DNA of 64,000 bases from an uncultured bacterium (GTDB lineage Bacteria; Patescibacteriota; Minisyncoccia; UBA6257; GWB1-50-10), in the NCBI GenBank assembly GCA_963713955.1, contig OY970216.1:506252-570251 (forward strand), written 5' to 3'. The notes below the pieces were generated by a model. That model saw only the letters and a program-made list of their open reading frames with translations, ran no database searches and was not told the DNA's origin. The translations under genes were made by a program, and so were the position numbers. How positions within the stretch are numbered: position 1 is the first letter of the stretch; each line of letters begins with the position of its first letter. Below, piece after piece: positions 18,448 through 26,993 of the stretch.

Positions 18448-18470
18448 GAATGCCGTGTTAATATATAAAC

Positions 18471-19013
18471 ATGGCCTATGAAATAGAAACGAAGGTTCTG
18501 GACATTGACGCCGAGAAGGTAAAGGAAAGATTAGTCTCATTAGGCGCTCAGAAAACACAGGAAACGATTTTACGGGTAGACTGGTATCGACCGAGGGGAG
18601 TGAAAGAAGGGGAAGATTCATGGTTTTTGCGTATCCGATCCAACAGCGAGGGGAAACACGAGGTCACATGGAAAGCGAAATCAGATATACTGGGCACTAC
18701 CAGAAAAAACAAAGAGATCAATTTTATGATTTCGGAACCGGAAAAGTTGGTCGATCTTTTTGAGGAACTTGGTCTTGAAAGGTACGCGCATCAAGATAAA
18801 GAGCGAACATCGTTTATCCTGAAGAATTGGCTATCTGAGATAGACCGCTACCCTAAAATGCCGACGTACCTCGAAATTGAAGGAGGGAGTGAAGAGCATG
18901 TGAAGGAAGCAATAACATTACTCGGCTTAGAAAAGGACCGGACGTGGGCTGAGGGTGAGCGGATTCTCATTCAAGACGTCTATGGACTGAACTGGTACGA
19001 TATGAGGTTCTAA
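18471..19013 (+). CDS. CYTH-domain protein
   Basis: EIETK motif, LRIR, YLEIEG. Confidence 0.88.
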   Translation: MAYEIETKVLDIDAEKVKERLVSLGAQKTQETILRVDWYRPRGVKEGEDSWFLRIRSNSEGKHEVTWKAKSDILGTTRKNKEINFMISEPEKLVDLFEELGLERYAHQDKERTSFILKNWLSEIDRYPKMPTYLEIEGGSEEHVKEAITLLGLEKDRTWAEGERILIQDVYGLNWYDMRF

Positions 19014-19080
19014 TTTCCACTACTACAAATCGTTTGAACGTCATCCAGTTCTGTACACCAAAGTTATATAATTGACTTAT

Positions 19081-19530
19081 ATGTCCGAAGAAAAAAAGAG
19101 GGTGGGTGCAGGATTTGGCGTGATTCTGGAACGTGACGGGAAAATTCTCCTCGGGATGCGCCATCCTGATCCCGATAAAGCCGACTCGGCATTCCGGAGC
19201 GCCGGGGAGTGGTCATTGCCGGGAGGGAAACTTGAGTGGGGAGAAACTCTGGAGGAGGGCGCGATCCGCGAGGTCAAAGAAGAAACCGGAATCACCATCA
19301 TCAATCCTCAGGTGATATCGGTGCACAATTGCAAAAATGAATATGCTCATTTCATGACGGTAGGACTTCTCACCCACAAGTGGGAAGGTGAAGCGAATGT
19401 TATGGAACCGGATGAGATAATAAAGTGGCAGTGGTTCGATCTTAATGATCTGCCATATCCTCGCTATTTTCCCAGCTTTGAAGTCATTGAAAATTACTTG
19501 AAAGGCAAGTTTTACATAAAACGGCTTTAG
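19081..19530 (+). CDS. NUDIX hydrolase
   Basis: GGKLEWGETLEEGAIREVKEETG. Confidence 0.93.
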   Translation: MSEEKKRVGAGFGVILERDGKILLGMRHPDPDKADSAFRSAGEWSLPGGKLEWGETLEEGAIREVKEETGITIINPQVISVHNCKNEYAHFMTVGLLTHKWEGEANVMEPDEIIKWQWFDLNDLPYPRYFPSFEVIENYLKGKFYIKRL

Positions 19531-19539
19531 GGAAAACAG

Positions 19540-20520
19540 ATGAAAACCGTCACTCTCCACAACAAAAAAGAATTTCTCCTCCGTCCAACCAAGCCCTTCC
19601 ATTTCGATTCTACCTTTTACAAACCAGGCCATTTTACAAGCAGCGACACGAAATGGGAGCCGGGGAGAAGATGGCAGACCATGTTGTGGCAAGGAGAAAG
19701 GCTTGGCTTGATTTACGAGGACGCTGGAACCAAATCAAAGCCCAAGGTCAGAGTCAAAGTGTTTTCCAAAAAGAAATTATCTCGGGAATTTATCGAGGGG
19801 CTTAAAAAAGAAATAATCTGGAGATTCAATCTGGATTTAGATTTAACCGGTTTCTACAAGGATGTTGGCAAAGATCCTATCCTGAAACCTGCCATCAAGA
19901 GATTCTACGGTCTTCGTCCGATGTCCTATTCCTCGCTTTACGAATATCTGATCATTGATATTGTGCTCCAAAATACCGTTGTCCGGCGAAGTATCAGCAT
20001 GCTCCAATCTCTTTTTGAAAACTATGGTGTCCTCCTTGAATATGATCATCAGAAATTCTGGGGCTACTGGGAACCGAAAGCCCTCGCGATGACGAAAGAG
20101 CAAGAACTGCGGGATCTGAAAGTGGGGTACCGGGCCAAGTCCTTTATCAGAGTTTCAAAGTCGTTCGCGAAGGGCGATATCGACGAGCTCGACTTGAGAA
20201 AAAAGAGCCCGGAAGGGCAGGAGAAAATCTTGCTCTCGCTCTACGGCATCGGGCCGGCGTCGGTGGGCTATCTCATGTTCGACTGCCTTCACCACTGGGA
20301 CTACCTGAAAAACATCTCGCCGTGGGAGCAGAAAATCTATACCCACATCTTTTTCAATAAAGACCACGAAAAGCACCTCGTACCGATCGAAAAGATGCTC
20401 AAAAGATTCGAGAGATGGGGCAAGTGGAAGGGGCTCGCCGTGAACTATGTTTGGGAGGAGATATGGTGGAAGCGGAGGAACGAGCACATCCCGTGGCTCG
20501 AGAAAGAAATAAGGCTATAA
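19540..20520 (+). CDS. HhH-GPD DNA glycosylase-like protein (AlkA/Ogg family)
   Basis: IVLQN, LKVGYRAK, LLSLYGIGP HhH motif. Confidence 0.75.
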   Translation: MKTVTLHNKKEFLLRPTKPFHFDSTFYKPGHFTSSDTKWEPGRRWQTMLWQGERLGLIYEDAGTKSKPKVRVKVFSKKKLSREFIEGLKKEIIWRFNLDLDLTGFYKDVGKDPILKPAIKRFYGLRPMSYSSLYEYLIIDIVLQNTVVRRSISMLQSLFENYGVLLEYDHQKFWGYWEPKALAMTKEQELRDLKVGYRAKSFIRVSKSFAKGDIDELDLRKKSPEGQEKILLSLYGIGPASVGYLMFDCLHHWDYLKNISPWEQKIYTHIFFNKDHEKHLVPIEKMLKRFERWGKWKGLAVNYVWEEIWWKRRNEHIPWLEKEIRL

Positions 20521-20522
20521 CC

Positions 20523-21005
20523 ATGATGATCCCACAGGACGAGTACTATAAAAACATACCGAAGAAAAGAATGGGCGCCGGAGTTCTCATCGCCGACGGG
20601 AACGACAGATTTTTATTCGTAAAACTGGCCTACAAAAATAACTGGTCAATACCGGGTGGAGTAATCGAAACCAACGAATCACCGAGGACAGCCGCGATAA
20701 GAGAAACAAAAGAAGAAGTACATATTGATCTCCAAGAGTGCATTTTCCTATGCCTCGATTACAAATCGGGTACGAGCGAAAACGGGGAGAGTCTGCAATT
20801 TATATTCTCCGGTGGTATTTTGAATGATAAGACGAAGGCCGATATAAAAGTTGACGGGGAGGAGATAGTGGAATGCAAATTTATGAAACTGGAAAAGGCC
20901 CTACCACTCCTTAGCGAAGGATTGAGGAAACGGTTGCCGAAATGCTTCGAGTCACTGAAAAGCCATAAAGTGATTTATCTAGAGGACGGCGAAGCTGTTC
21001 AATAA
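20523..21005 (+). CDS. NUDIX hydrolase
   Basis: PGGVIETNESPRTAAIRETKEE. Confidence 0.92.
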   Translation: MMIPQDEYYKNIPKKRMGAGVLIADGNDRFLFVKLAYKNNWSIPGGVIETNESPRTAAIRETKEEVHIDLQECIFLCLDYKSGTSENGESLQFIFSGGILNDKTKADIKVDGEEIVECKFMKLEKALPLLSEGLRKRLPKCFESLKSHKVIYLEDGEAVQ

Positions 21006-21007
21006 AA

Positions 21008-21859
21008 TCACCTCAATTTGAACTTCGTCGCACTCTGGAGAACCCTCGTCAAAAGATAGAGAAGAAAAACGGCGGTCGCGATGAAAAAGCTCACCGGGTA
21101 TGGTTCGTAGAAGGAAACGAAGAGACCAAACCAGGTGACCATGAGTGCGATCACAACCGAGGTCATCATGCCCCGGAACGGCCGCTTCGTGAGCCGAGTC
21201 GCAATCGCCGCCGGCGTCACCATGAGCGCGAAGATCAAAAGAACGCCGACCACCTGGACGGCAATGGATGTCGCGACCGCGACGAGGAGCATGAAAACGA
21301 CGCTGATGCCAGTTATGGAGAGTCCTTTTGCTTCCGCCACGTCCTCGTCGAGCGAAGAAAAGAGGAGTGGATGATATACTAGGGAAACGGCAAGGAGAAT
21401 CACGAAGCCGGCGACGAGCGTGATCGCGACGTTCGCGGCGCTGATTCCCAGGATCTCACCAAACAAAAGGGAATATGCTTCCGTCGCGTAGCCGCTGTAG
21501 AGACTAATGAAGAGAACGCCGAGGCCGAGCATGAACACGAGCACCGTGCCGATCTCGACATCCCGGCTTGCGGCTTTTCGGCCGAGGAGAGCCATAATGA
21601 CACCACCACCGCTCGTGAAAAGGAGAAGTCCAAAAACGGGATTGAGTCCCACGAGGACCGCGCCGGCCGCGCCGGCGAAGCCGATATGCGAGAGCGCGTG
21701 CGCCGCGAAGGATGATCTACGGAGAACCACGAAATAGCCGACGATGCCGGCTATGATCGCGACCACTGTGCCGGCCTCGAATGCATGGAGCATGAAATCA
21801 TACCCCAGCATCACTTTGAGGTCCTGAATGATATTGAAACTGAAAGCGACGGGGTTCAT
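21008..21859 (-). CDS. znuB: Zn/Mn ABC transporter permease
   Basis: HALSHIGFAG, VGVLLIFALMVTPA. Confidence 0.88.
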   Translation of the reverse strand: MNPVAFSFNIIQDLKVMLGYDFMLHAFEAGTVVAIIAGIVGYFVVLRRSSFAAHALSHIGFAGAAGAVLVGLNPVFGLLLFTSGGGVIMALLGRKAASRDVEIGTVLVFMLGLGVLFISLYSGYATEAYSLLFGEILGISAANVAITLVAGFVILLAVSLVYHPLLFSSLDEDVAEAKGLSITGISVVFMLLVAVATSIAVQVVGVLLIFALMVTPAAIATRLTKRPFRGMMTSVVIALMVTWFGLFVSFYEPYPVSFFIATAVFLLYLLTRVLQSATKFKLR

Positions 21860-22662
21860 AGTTCGTGAGTGTGATTGTGCCCGATTTCCTCGACCCCCAG
21901 AACCGCGACCCGGCCCTCGGGATTTTTCAAAACTTCGACAGGTGCTCCGTAAAGAGAAGTAAGAAAACTGGACGTCAAAATCTCATCGGGTTTCCCGATC
22001 GCCATCTTTTCATTGGCAACGTATATGATCTTGTCCAAGACGGTCAAAAGGGGATTGATATCATGAGCGATGAGGAGCGCGGTAATATTCCGGGACCTCG
22101 TGACATTACCGATAAGCTGTGTAAGTTCACCTTGTCGGCGTATGTCCAAACTCGCCATCGGTTCGTCGAGGAGAAGCAGATCGGGGTTGCCGACCAAAGC
22201 TTCGGCGAGGAAAACACGCTGCAACTCTCCACCCGAGAGGGATCCCAGCGGTTTATGCGATAACTCTTCTCCCCCCACGGCCTTCATGGCTTCGCGGGCT
22301 TTCTGGTATTCCCCCGGGGACGATGCGTGCGGACCCCACTTGTCGCCGCTCAAACCCAATCGGACCAGCTCTATCGCTTCGATATTCATTTCATTGTCGA
22401 TAGGGTGTTTTTGGGGGATATAACCAATGCGGGGATTGCCACACTTCGGTTTCTCACCCAAAATGGTGAGACTTCCGGATACCGGGCGCTTCAAACCCAA
22501 AAGCAACCGGAAAAGGGTTGTTTTCCCGGAGCCGTTGGGACCCACAACCGCCACGAATTCTCCCTGGCCGATCGAAAAATTGGCATTCTTCCAGACCGTT
22601 TTTCCATCGTATGCAGCCACAAGATCCATGGCTGTTATGACATTTCCCAATACCTTAATCAT
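21856..22662 (-). CDS. znuC: Zn/Mn ABC transporter ATPase
   Basis: GPNGSGKTT, LSGGELQR, LLLLDEP. Confidence 0.88.
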   Translation of the reverse strand: MIKVLGNVITAMDLVAAYDGKTVWKNANFSIGQGEFVAVVGPNGSGKTTLFRLLLGLKRPVSGSLTILGEKPKCGNPRIGYIPQKHPIDNEMNIEAIELVRLGLSGDKWGPHASSPGEYQKAREAMKAVGGEELSHKPLGSLSGGELQRVFLAEALVGNPDLLLLDEPMASLDIRRQGELTQLIGNVTRSRNITALLIAHDINPLLTVLDKIIYVANEKMAIGKPDEILTSSFLTSLYGAPVEVLKNPEGRVAVLGVEEIGHNHTHEL

Positions 22663-23579
22663 TTTGAAGATAGGGCACCTTCAATCGATGTAACTTCGGC
22701 ATTCATCCAATCCTCAAAGGAGAGGGTCGGCGGCTGTATCGTCTCAGTGATGCCAACGACAGGGATGCCTTTCGTGGCCGCAAGCTTCCTCACGTTATCT
22801 GTAAGCGGGGTAACCGTCTGTTCATTATAAACCAAAACACGCACGTTGCCGCTCGTGAGCTGGTTTTCAAATTTAACGATGCTCATGGGCGATGGATTAT
22901 TGCCTTCGGCAATCGCCTGGATGAAATCAAGAGGGGAAACTAAGTTGAGTCCAGATGCAGCGGCAAGATACGAAAATATGTCTTCAGTTGCGGCGACTTC
23001 CGTCCCGCCGAACCGGTTTTTGATCTCGGCAATCTTATTCTGGTAGGTCGCGAGCGACGATGTCAATTTCGCATATTGCGCGGCGTAATAGGCAGCATTT
23101 GCGGGATCAAGCTTCAAAAGATCGGCTTCCATTCGTTTCACTGTTTCGTTCACATAATCCGGATCGTACCAGAAGTGCGGATTGTCGCCCGGCTTTTTAC
23201 CCAAAAGATCAGCGACGTTCAAAATGAGACGTCGAGGGCTCGATTCGGCGCCGAGGAGTTTGTCCATCCAGCTGTCATAGCCGGCGCCGTTTTCTATGAC
23301 ATAGTCGGCCGTCGCGATGGCCCGGGCATTCGAAGCGTTGCTCTCATATTCGTGGGGGTCCGCATTTGGATTCGCCACAATACTCAAAACCTCGACATGC
23401 GAACCGCCGATCTCAGAAACCAAGCTGCCCCAGAAGTTTTCAGCCGCGACAACTTGGAGAACGCCGCTTTGACGAGCGGGTTCGGAAGAAACGGGATGCC
23501 TCACGGCAAGAACATAAGCGATAACGGCGATTATCACTACTCCAATCACCGGATAAAGTACTTTGAAAAGATTTTTCAT
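22659..23579 (-). CDS. znuA: Zn/Mn ABC transporter substrate-binding protein
   Basis: DPHEYE and NPHFW motifs; start could be 23603. Confidence 0.88.
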   Translation of the reverse strand: MKNLFKVLYPVIGVVIIAVIAYVLAVRHPVSSEPARQSGVLQVVAAENFWGSLVSEIGGSHVEVLSIVANPNADPHEYESNASNARAIATADYVIENGAGYDSWMDKLLGAESSPRRLILNVADLLGKKPGDNPHFWYDPDYVNETVKRMEADLLKLDPANAAYYAAQYAKLTSSLATYQNKIAEIKNRFGGTEVAATEDIFSYLAAASGLNLVSPLDFIQAIAEGNNPSPMSIVKFENQLTSGNVRVLVYNEQTVTPLTDNVRKLAATKGIPVVGITETIQPPTLSFEDWMNAEVTSIEGALSSK

Positions 23580-23617
23580 GTCTGCTTCCATGCTACCCAT
23601 CACTCAACCGAACGTCA

Positions 23618-23635
23618 AGTTATTTGCAAATAACT
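23618..23635. promoter_or_regulatory. 18-bp perfect palindrome, candidate metal-regulator operator
   Basis: AGTTATTTGCAAATAACT in the divergent znuA/EamA intergenic region. Confidence 0.55.
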
Positions 23636-23658
23636 CAATCACATTATAATGTGATGCC

Positions 23659-24561
23659 ATGTGGATACTTTTTGCGCTGGGCTCGCTCGTGTTTCAAGGA
23701 TTCGAGACGGTCATCGACAAAATCGCCATCGTCAAAGATAAGAACATCGACTCCCTCGCGGCATCGTTTTGGAGAGTGCTTATGTTTCTTCTCTGGTTCG
23801 TAGTCTTGGGATTGACCGGCTTCTTGGGTGTACTGAGAATAATTCTGCCCTGGCCCGTTGTCGTCTTCGCTCTGCTTTGGATAGGCGGTGCTCTTTTCTA
23901 CACATATCTTCTCAAAAACATCGAAGTGACCGGATCTTCGGCCTTGTCATACGCGTCGCCTTTCGTGTATCTCGTTATCGACACCTTCCTTTTCAAGGTG
24001 AACATGACCCCGTTCCAGATCCTCGGCATCATACTCTTGGCCGCTGGCGGGATGGCTTTCGTTCTCGAGCCTGGCAAATTGAAAATCCGTAGGGAATTTA
24101 CCTCAAAAATCTGGGGTATATTCCTGTATAATTTGGTTCTGGGAGTCGCGGAGTATTACGGTTTCAAGTACTTTCTCAATCACGCGTCTATGAACGAGGT
24201 CAGCTTCTTCGCGAGCACCTGGCTCTTAGTAACCGCCGGTTTCATGATTATCATTTCGGTGCGAAAGAAATGGGGGATCACGATGGAAACAGCACAAAAG
24301 AATCGATTCCTTGGTAAAGTAACCATTAGCAAAGGTTTGGATGCCGCCTGCTCTTGGCTGTGGCTCCACGCCATTTCAATGACGGCTGTTTCGAGAGTGG
24401 ATGCCGTGGGATCGCTCTATCCTCTCATACTCATCGGCGCGGTCTATCTCATACAGAACGTATTCGGTCTTAAAGCCGAAGAGGAATTTTCGAAGGGTTA
24501 TCTGGCATTGAAACTGATCGGCATCGCCCTCCTCTCGGTGGGAGGATTCTTAGCAGGATAG
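23659..24561 (+). CDS. EamA/DMT-family transporter
   Basis: About 10 TM helices with an internal duplication pattern. Confidence 0.7.
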   Translation: MWILFALGSLVFQGFETVIDKIAIVKDKNIDSLAASFWRVLMFLLWFVVLGLTGFLGVLRIILPWPVVVFALLWIGGALFYTYLLKNIEVTGSSALSYASPFVYLVIDTFLFKVNMTPFQILGIILLAAGGMAFVLEPGKLKIRREFTSKIWGIFLYNLVLGVAEYYGFKYFLNHASMNEVSFFASTWLLVTAGFMIIISVRKKWGITMETAQKNRFLGKVTISKGLDAACSWLWLHAISMTAVSRVDAVGSLYPLILIGAVYLIQNVFGLKAEEEFSKGYLALKLIGIALLSVGGFLAG

Positions 24562-24712
24562 ATGCTATACTGAAACTATGCTTCATAACCACAAAATAAA
24601 AACCTGGTCCGGATTCGTGAGGAAGGTTGTATCTCCCGGAGGATAGAGCGGAGGTTTTTAGTAGTCGCAACGTTCCGCTCTTCCGGGCGTTTTTTGTTTT
24701 TCCCACAAACCG

Positions 24713-25372
24713 ATGCAACAAACATTTCATCTGACCGAACGGTCACTCAAAAAACTCATCGTAGCACTTTCCCTATATCTTACGTCACTCTTCGCCGCCG
24801 ATACCCTGGGACTCAAAGTGATGCCATTTCTCTTTGGATCACATTTGTCGGTAGGCGTATTTTCCTTCCCCGTAGTATTCCTCATGACCGACGTCGTGGG
24901 AGAAGTTTACGGAAAAAGAGTTGCGAGGCTTTTCGTCTTCGCCGGCATTGTCGCGACGGCCCTTTTCATCGCATATTCCCTTCTTTCTCTCGCCCTGCCG
25001 TGGTCGGCCGACGGCGTGTGGGTGAAAAGCGGATACAACGACGTTTTCGGAATCTCGACGCGCATCGCCGTCGCGTCTCTCGCAGCATTCGCGATCGGTG
25101 AATATCAAGATGTCTTTTCTTTTTTCTTCCTGCGCAAGAGATGGAACGCGAAATTTTTCTGGCTCCGGTCGTTTCTCTCCGGTCTCTGGTCGCAGTTCCT
25201 TGACACAGTCATCTTCATGACCATCGCCTTCCTGGGTGTCTACTCGACGCCGCTTCTCATAAGCCTCATAATCTCCTGGTGGCTCTACAAAGTCGCGATG
25301 GGAACTCTCTATACACCGCTCCTCTACGCGGGCGTAAGACTCCTCAGAGAAAATGATAATAACACCCGTTAA
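24713..25372 (+). CDS. yhhQ: VUT/YhhQ-family transporter (queuosine precursor type)
   Basis: FPVVFLMTDVVGEVYG, RIAVASLAAF, SQFLDTVIF. Confidence 0.88.
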   Translation: MQQTFHLTERSLKKLIVALSLYLTSLFAADTLGLKVMPFLFGSHLSVGVFSFPVVFLMTDVVGEVYGKRVARLFVFAGIVATALFIAYSLLSLALPWSADGVWVKSGYNDVFGISTRIAVASLAAFAIGEYQDVFSFFFLRKRWNAKFFWLRSFLSGLWSQFLDTVIFMTIAFLGVYSTPLLISLIISWWLYKVAMGTLYTPLLYAGVRLLRENDNNTR

Positions 25373-26105
25373 AACGCGCATATTCAGAGAAGGCGAGGAT
25401 CTCATGTCTTTTATCGTGGATCACGTCAAAAAAGTTCCGGAACGATCAATAATAGTCGTGACGTCAAAAATCGTGGCGCTCTCGGAAAAAAGAACCGCGG
25501 TAAAAGAAAATCCGAAAACCAAAGAGAAGCTCATCCGTGAAGAAAGCGACTTGGCCATCCCGACGAAATACGTCTGGCTTACTCTCAAGAACGGCATGCT
25601 TATGGCTTCGGCCGGCATCGACGAATCGAACGCCGATGGGAAATTGATACTCCTCCCGCGGGACAGCTTTAAGTCCGCCCGGATTCTCCGGAAAGCTTTG
25701 CAACAAAAATACAGAGTGAAACGCCTCGGCATTTTAATCACCGACAGCAGAACAACGCCGCTCCGGGCCGGCGTTGGCGGCACGGCACTCGGCTACGCCG
25801 GTTTCGGTGGTATACGAGACTACCAGGGTAAACCAGATCTCTTCGGCCGGAAATTCAGGTTTTCGCGCACGAATCTGGCAGACGGCCTCGCCACGGCTGC
25901 AGTCCTTGAAATGGGAGAGGGAAAGGAACGGCAACCGCTCGCCGTCATAGAAAGGGCGCCGGTCGAATTCCACGAACGGACAAACCGCAAGGAACTTTCC
26001 ATAGATGTCCGGGACGACATGTATGCCCCGTTTTTCAAAAACGGAGAAAGTCCAATTACGAAACTCGCTCTCAAACGAGGGTCGGTAAGACGAAAAAGTG
26101 GGTAA
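25353..26105 (+). CDS. CofE-like gamma-glutamyl ligase
   Basis: VVTSKIVA, AGIDESN, ITDS..TPLRAG, DLFGR, MGEG.ERQP. Confidence 0.85.
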   Translation: MIITPVKTRIFREGEDLMSFIVDHVKKVPERSIIVVTSKIVALSEKRTAVKENPKTKEKLIREESDLAIPTKYVWLTLKNGMLMASAGIDESNADGKLILLPRDSFKSARILRKALQQKYRVKRLGILITDSRTTPLRAGVGGTALGYAGFGGIRDYQGKPDLFGRKFRFSRTNLADGLATAAVLEMGEGKERQPLAVIERAPVEFHERTNRKELSIDVRDDMYAPFFKNGESPITKLALKRGSVRRKSG

Positions 26106-26157
26106 GACTTGGGCTAGCGCCCCGGAGCGCACACTTTTTCGGCTTGCCGAGCCTCGT
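26075..26157. repeat. REP-like palindromic element, family B, overlapping the 3' end of the cofE-like gene
   Basis: Stem around TAAGACTTGGGCTAGCGCCCCGGAG; supplies the stop codon. Confidence 0.88.
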
Positions 26158-26174
26158 CGTGGTATAATGACTGC

Positions 26175-26648
26175 ATGAAACACTTAATACCCTTGATCAC
26201 CGCCGAGGCCCACTGCGACGTGCCTTGCGGAATTTATGATCCAACGCCGGCGAAAATTGCCGCAAAAACCGTCGCGCGCATGGTCGATCAAATCGAGGAT
26301 ACGCACCCGCCGAAAGACTGGAATGATGCCGTTGCGGTTTCGCTCTACATCCAGAGCATTTCCCGCCGGGTCGCCGTGAAGGAAGAGCACGCGGGAATTT
26401 GCAAGAAAGAGCTCTATACCCTCTGGTCCGACTTCTTCAAACCGGAACACCTTGCGAAATATCCAAACCTTCACGACATGTTCTGGAAAGCGACCAAGCT
26501 CTGCTCGAAAGACAAACAGAACATCAGTAAAGAAGATGCCACAGCGCTTGTCTCGGCCGTCGACGAAATTGCCAAGGTCTTCTACGAAATAAAAGGCAAT
26601 CCCGAACGGTACGATTCATATAAGGACGTGACGGACAAGTTGTACTAA
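26175..26648 (+). CDS. sodN: Nickel superoxide dismutase
   Basis: Ni-hook HCDVPCGIYDP after a short propeptide; LWSDFFKPEH. Confidence 0.95.
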   Translation: MKHLIPLITAEAHCDVPCGIYDPTPAKIAAKTVARMVDQIEDTHPPKDWNDAVAVSLYIQSISRRVAVKEEHAGICKKELYTLWSDFFKPEHLAKYPNLHDMFWKATKLCSKDKQNISKEDATALVSAVDEIAKVFYEIKGNPERYDSYKDVTDKLY

Positions 26649-26914
26649 TGTTTTTGTTTCGCGTTAAAGTGGAAGGTGAAAGTCTCTGGCCGGAATTAAT
26701 ACCCGGCAGGATCTACTGGGCTTCCGCTCTCCTGAAACCCCGAGTGGGGGACTATGTCGTCTTCAGAAATCCCCGAAACCAGGATCGGAACGTAGTCAAA
26801 AGAGTTGAAAAAATAGACGGCGACGCCTTGAAAGTCGGGGGGACCATAGAAAGATCGGCAAACTACGAAATAACCTCTAAAAACGTAATAGGGAAGCTGA
26901 TTTTTGGACCCTAA
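26648..26914 (+). CDS. sodX: Ni-SOD maturation protease (S26 family)
   Basis: VEGESLWP, GDYVVF, VKRV; coupled to sodN. Confidence 0.8.
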   Translation: MFLFRVKVEGESLWPELIPGRIYWASALLKPRVGDYVVFRNPRNQDRNVVKRVEKIDGDALKVGGTIERSANYEITSKNVIGKLIFGP

Positions 26915-26993
26915 AAAGGTTTGTATAAACGAGGTTCTTGTGGTAAAATGAAGGTATTATAAAGAGGCCACGAGCTTATTTTTTGTTGACCAA

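Noticed and set aside
24575-24700. preQ1 riboswitch upstream of yhhQ
   Set aside because: No short P1 stem with the A-rich tail of class I is recognisable.
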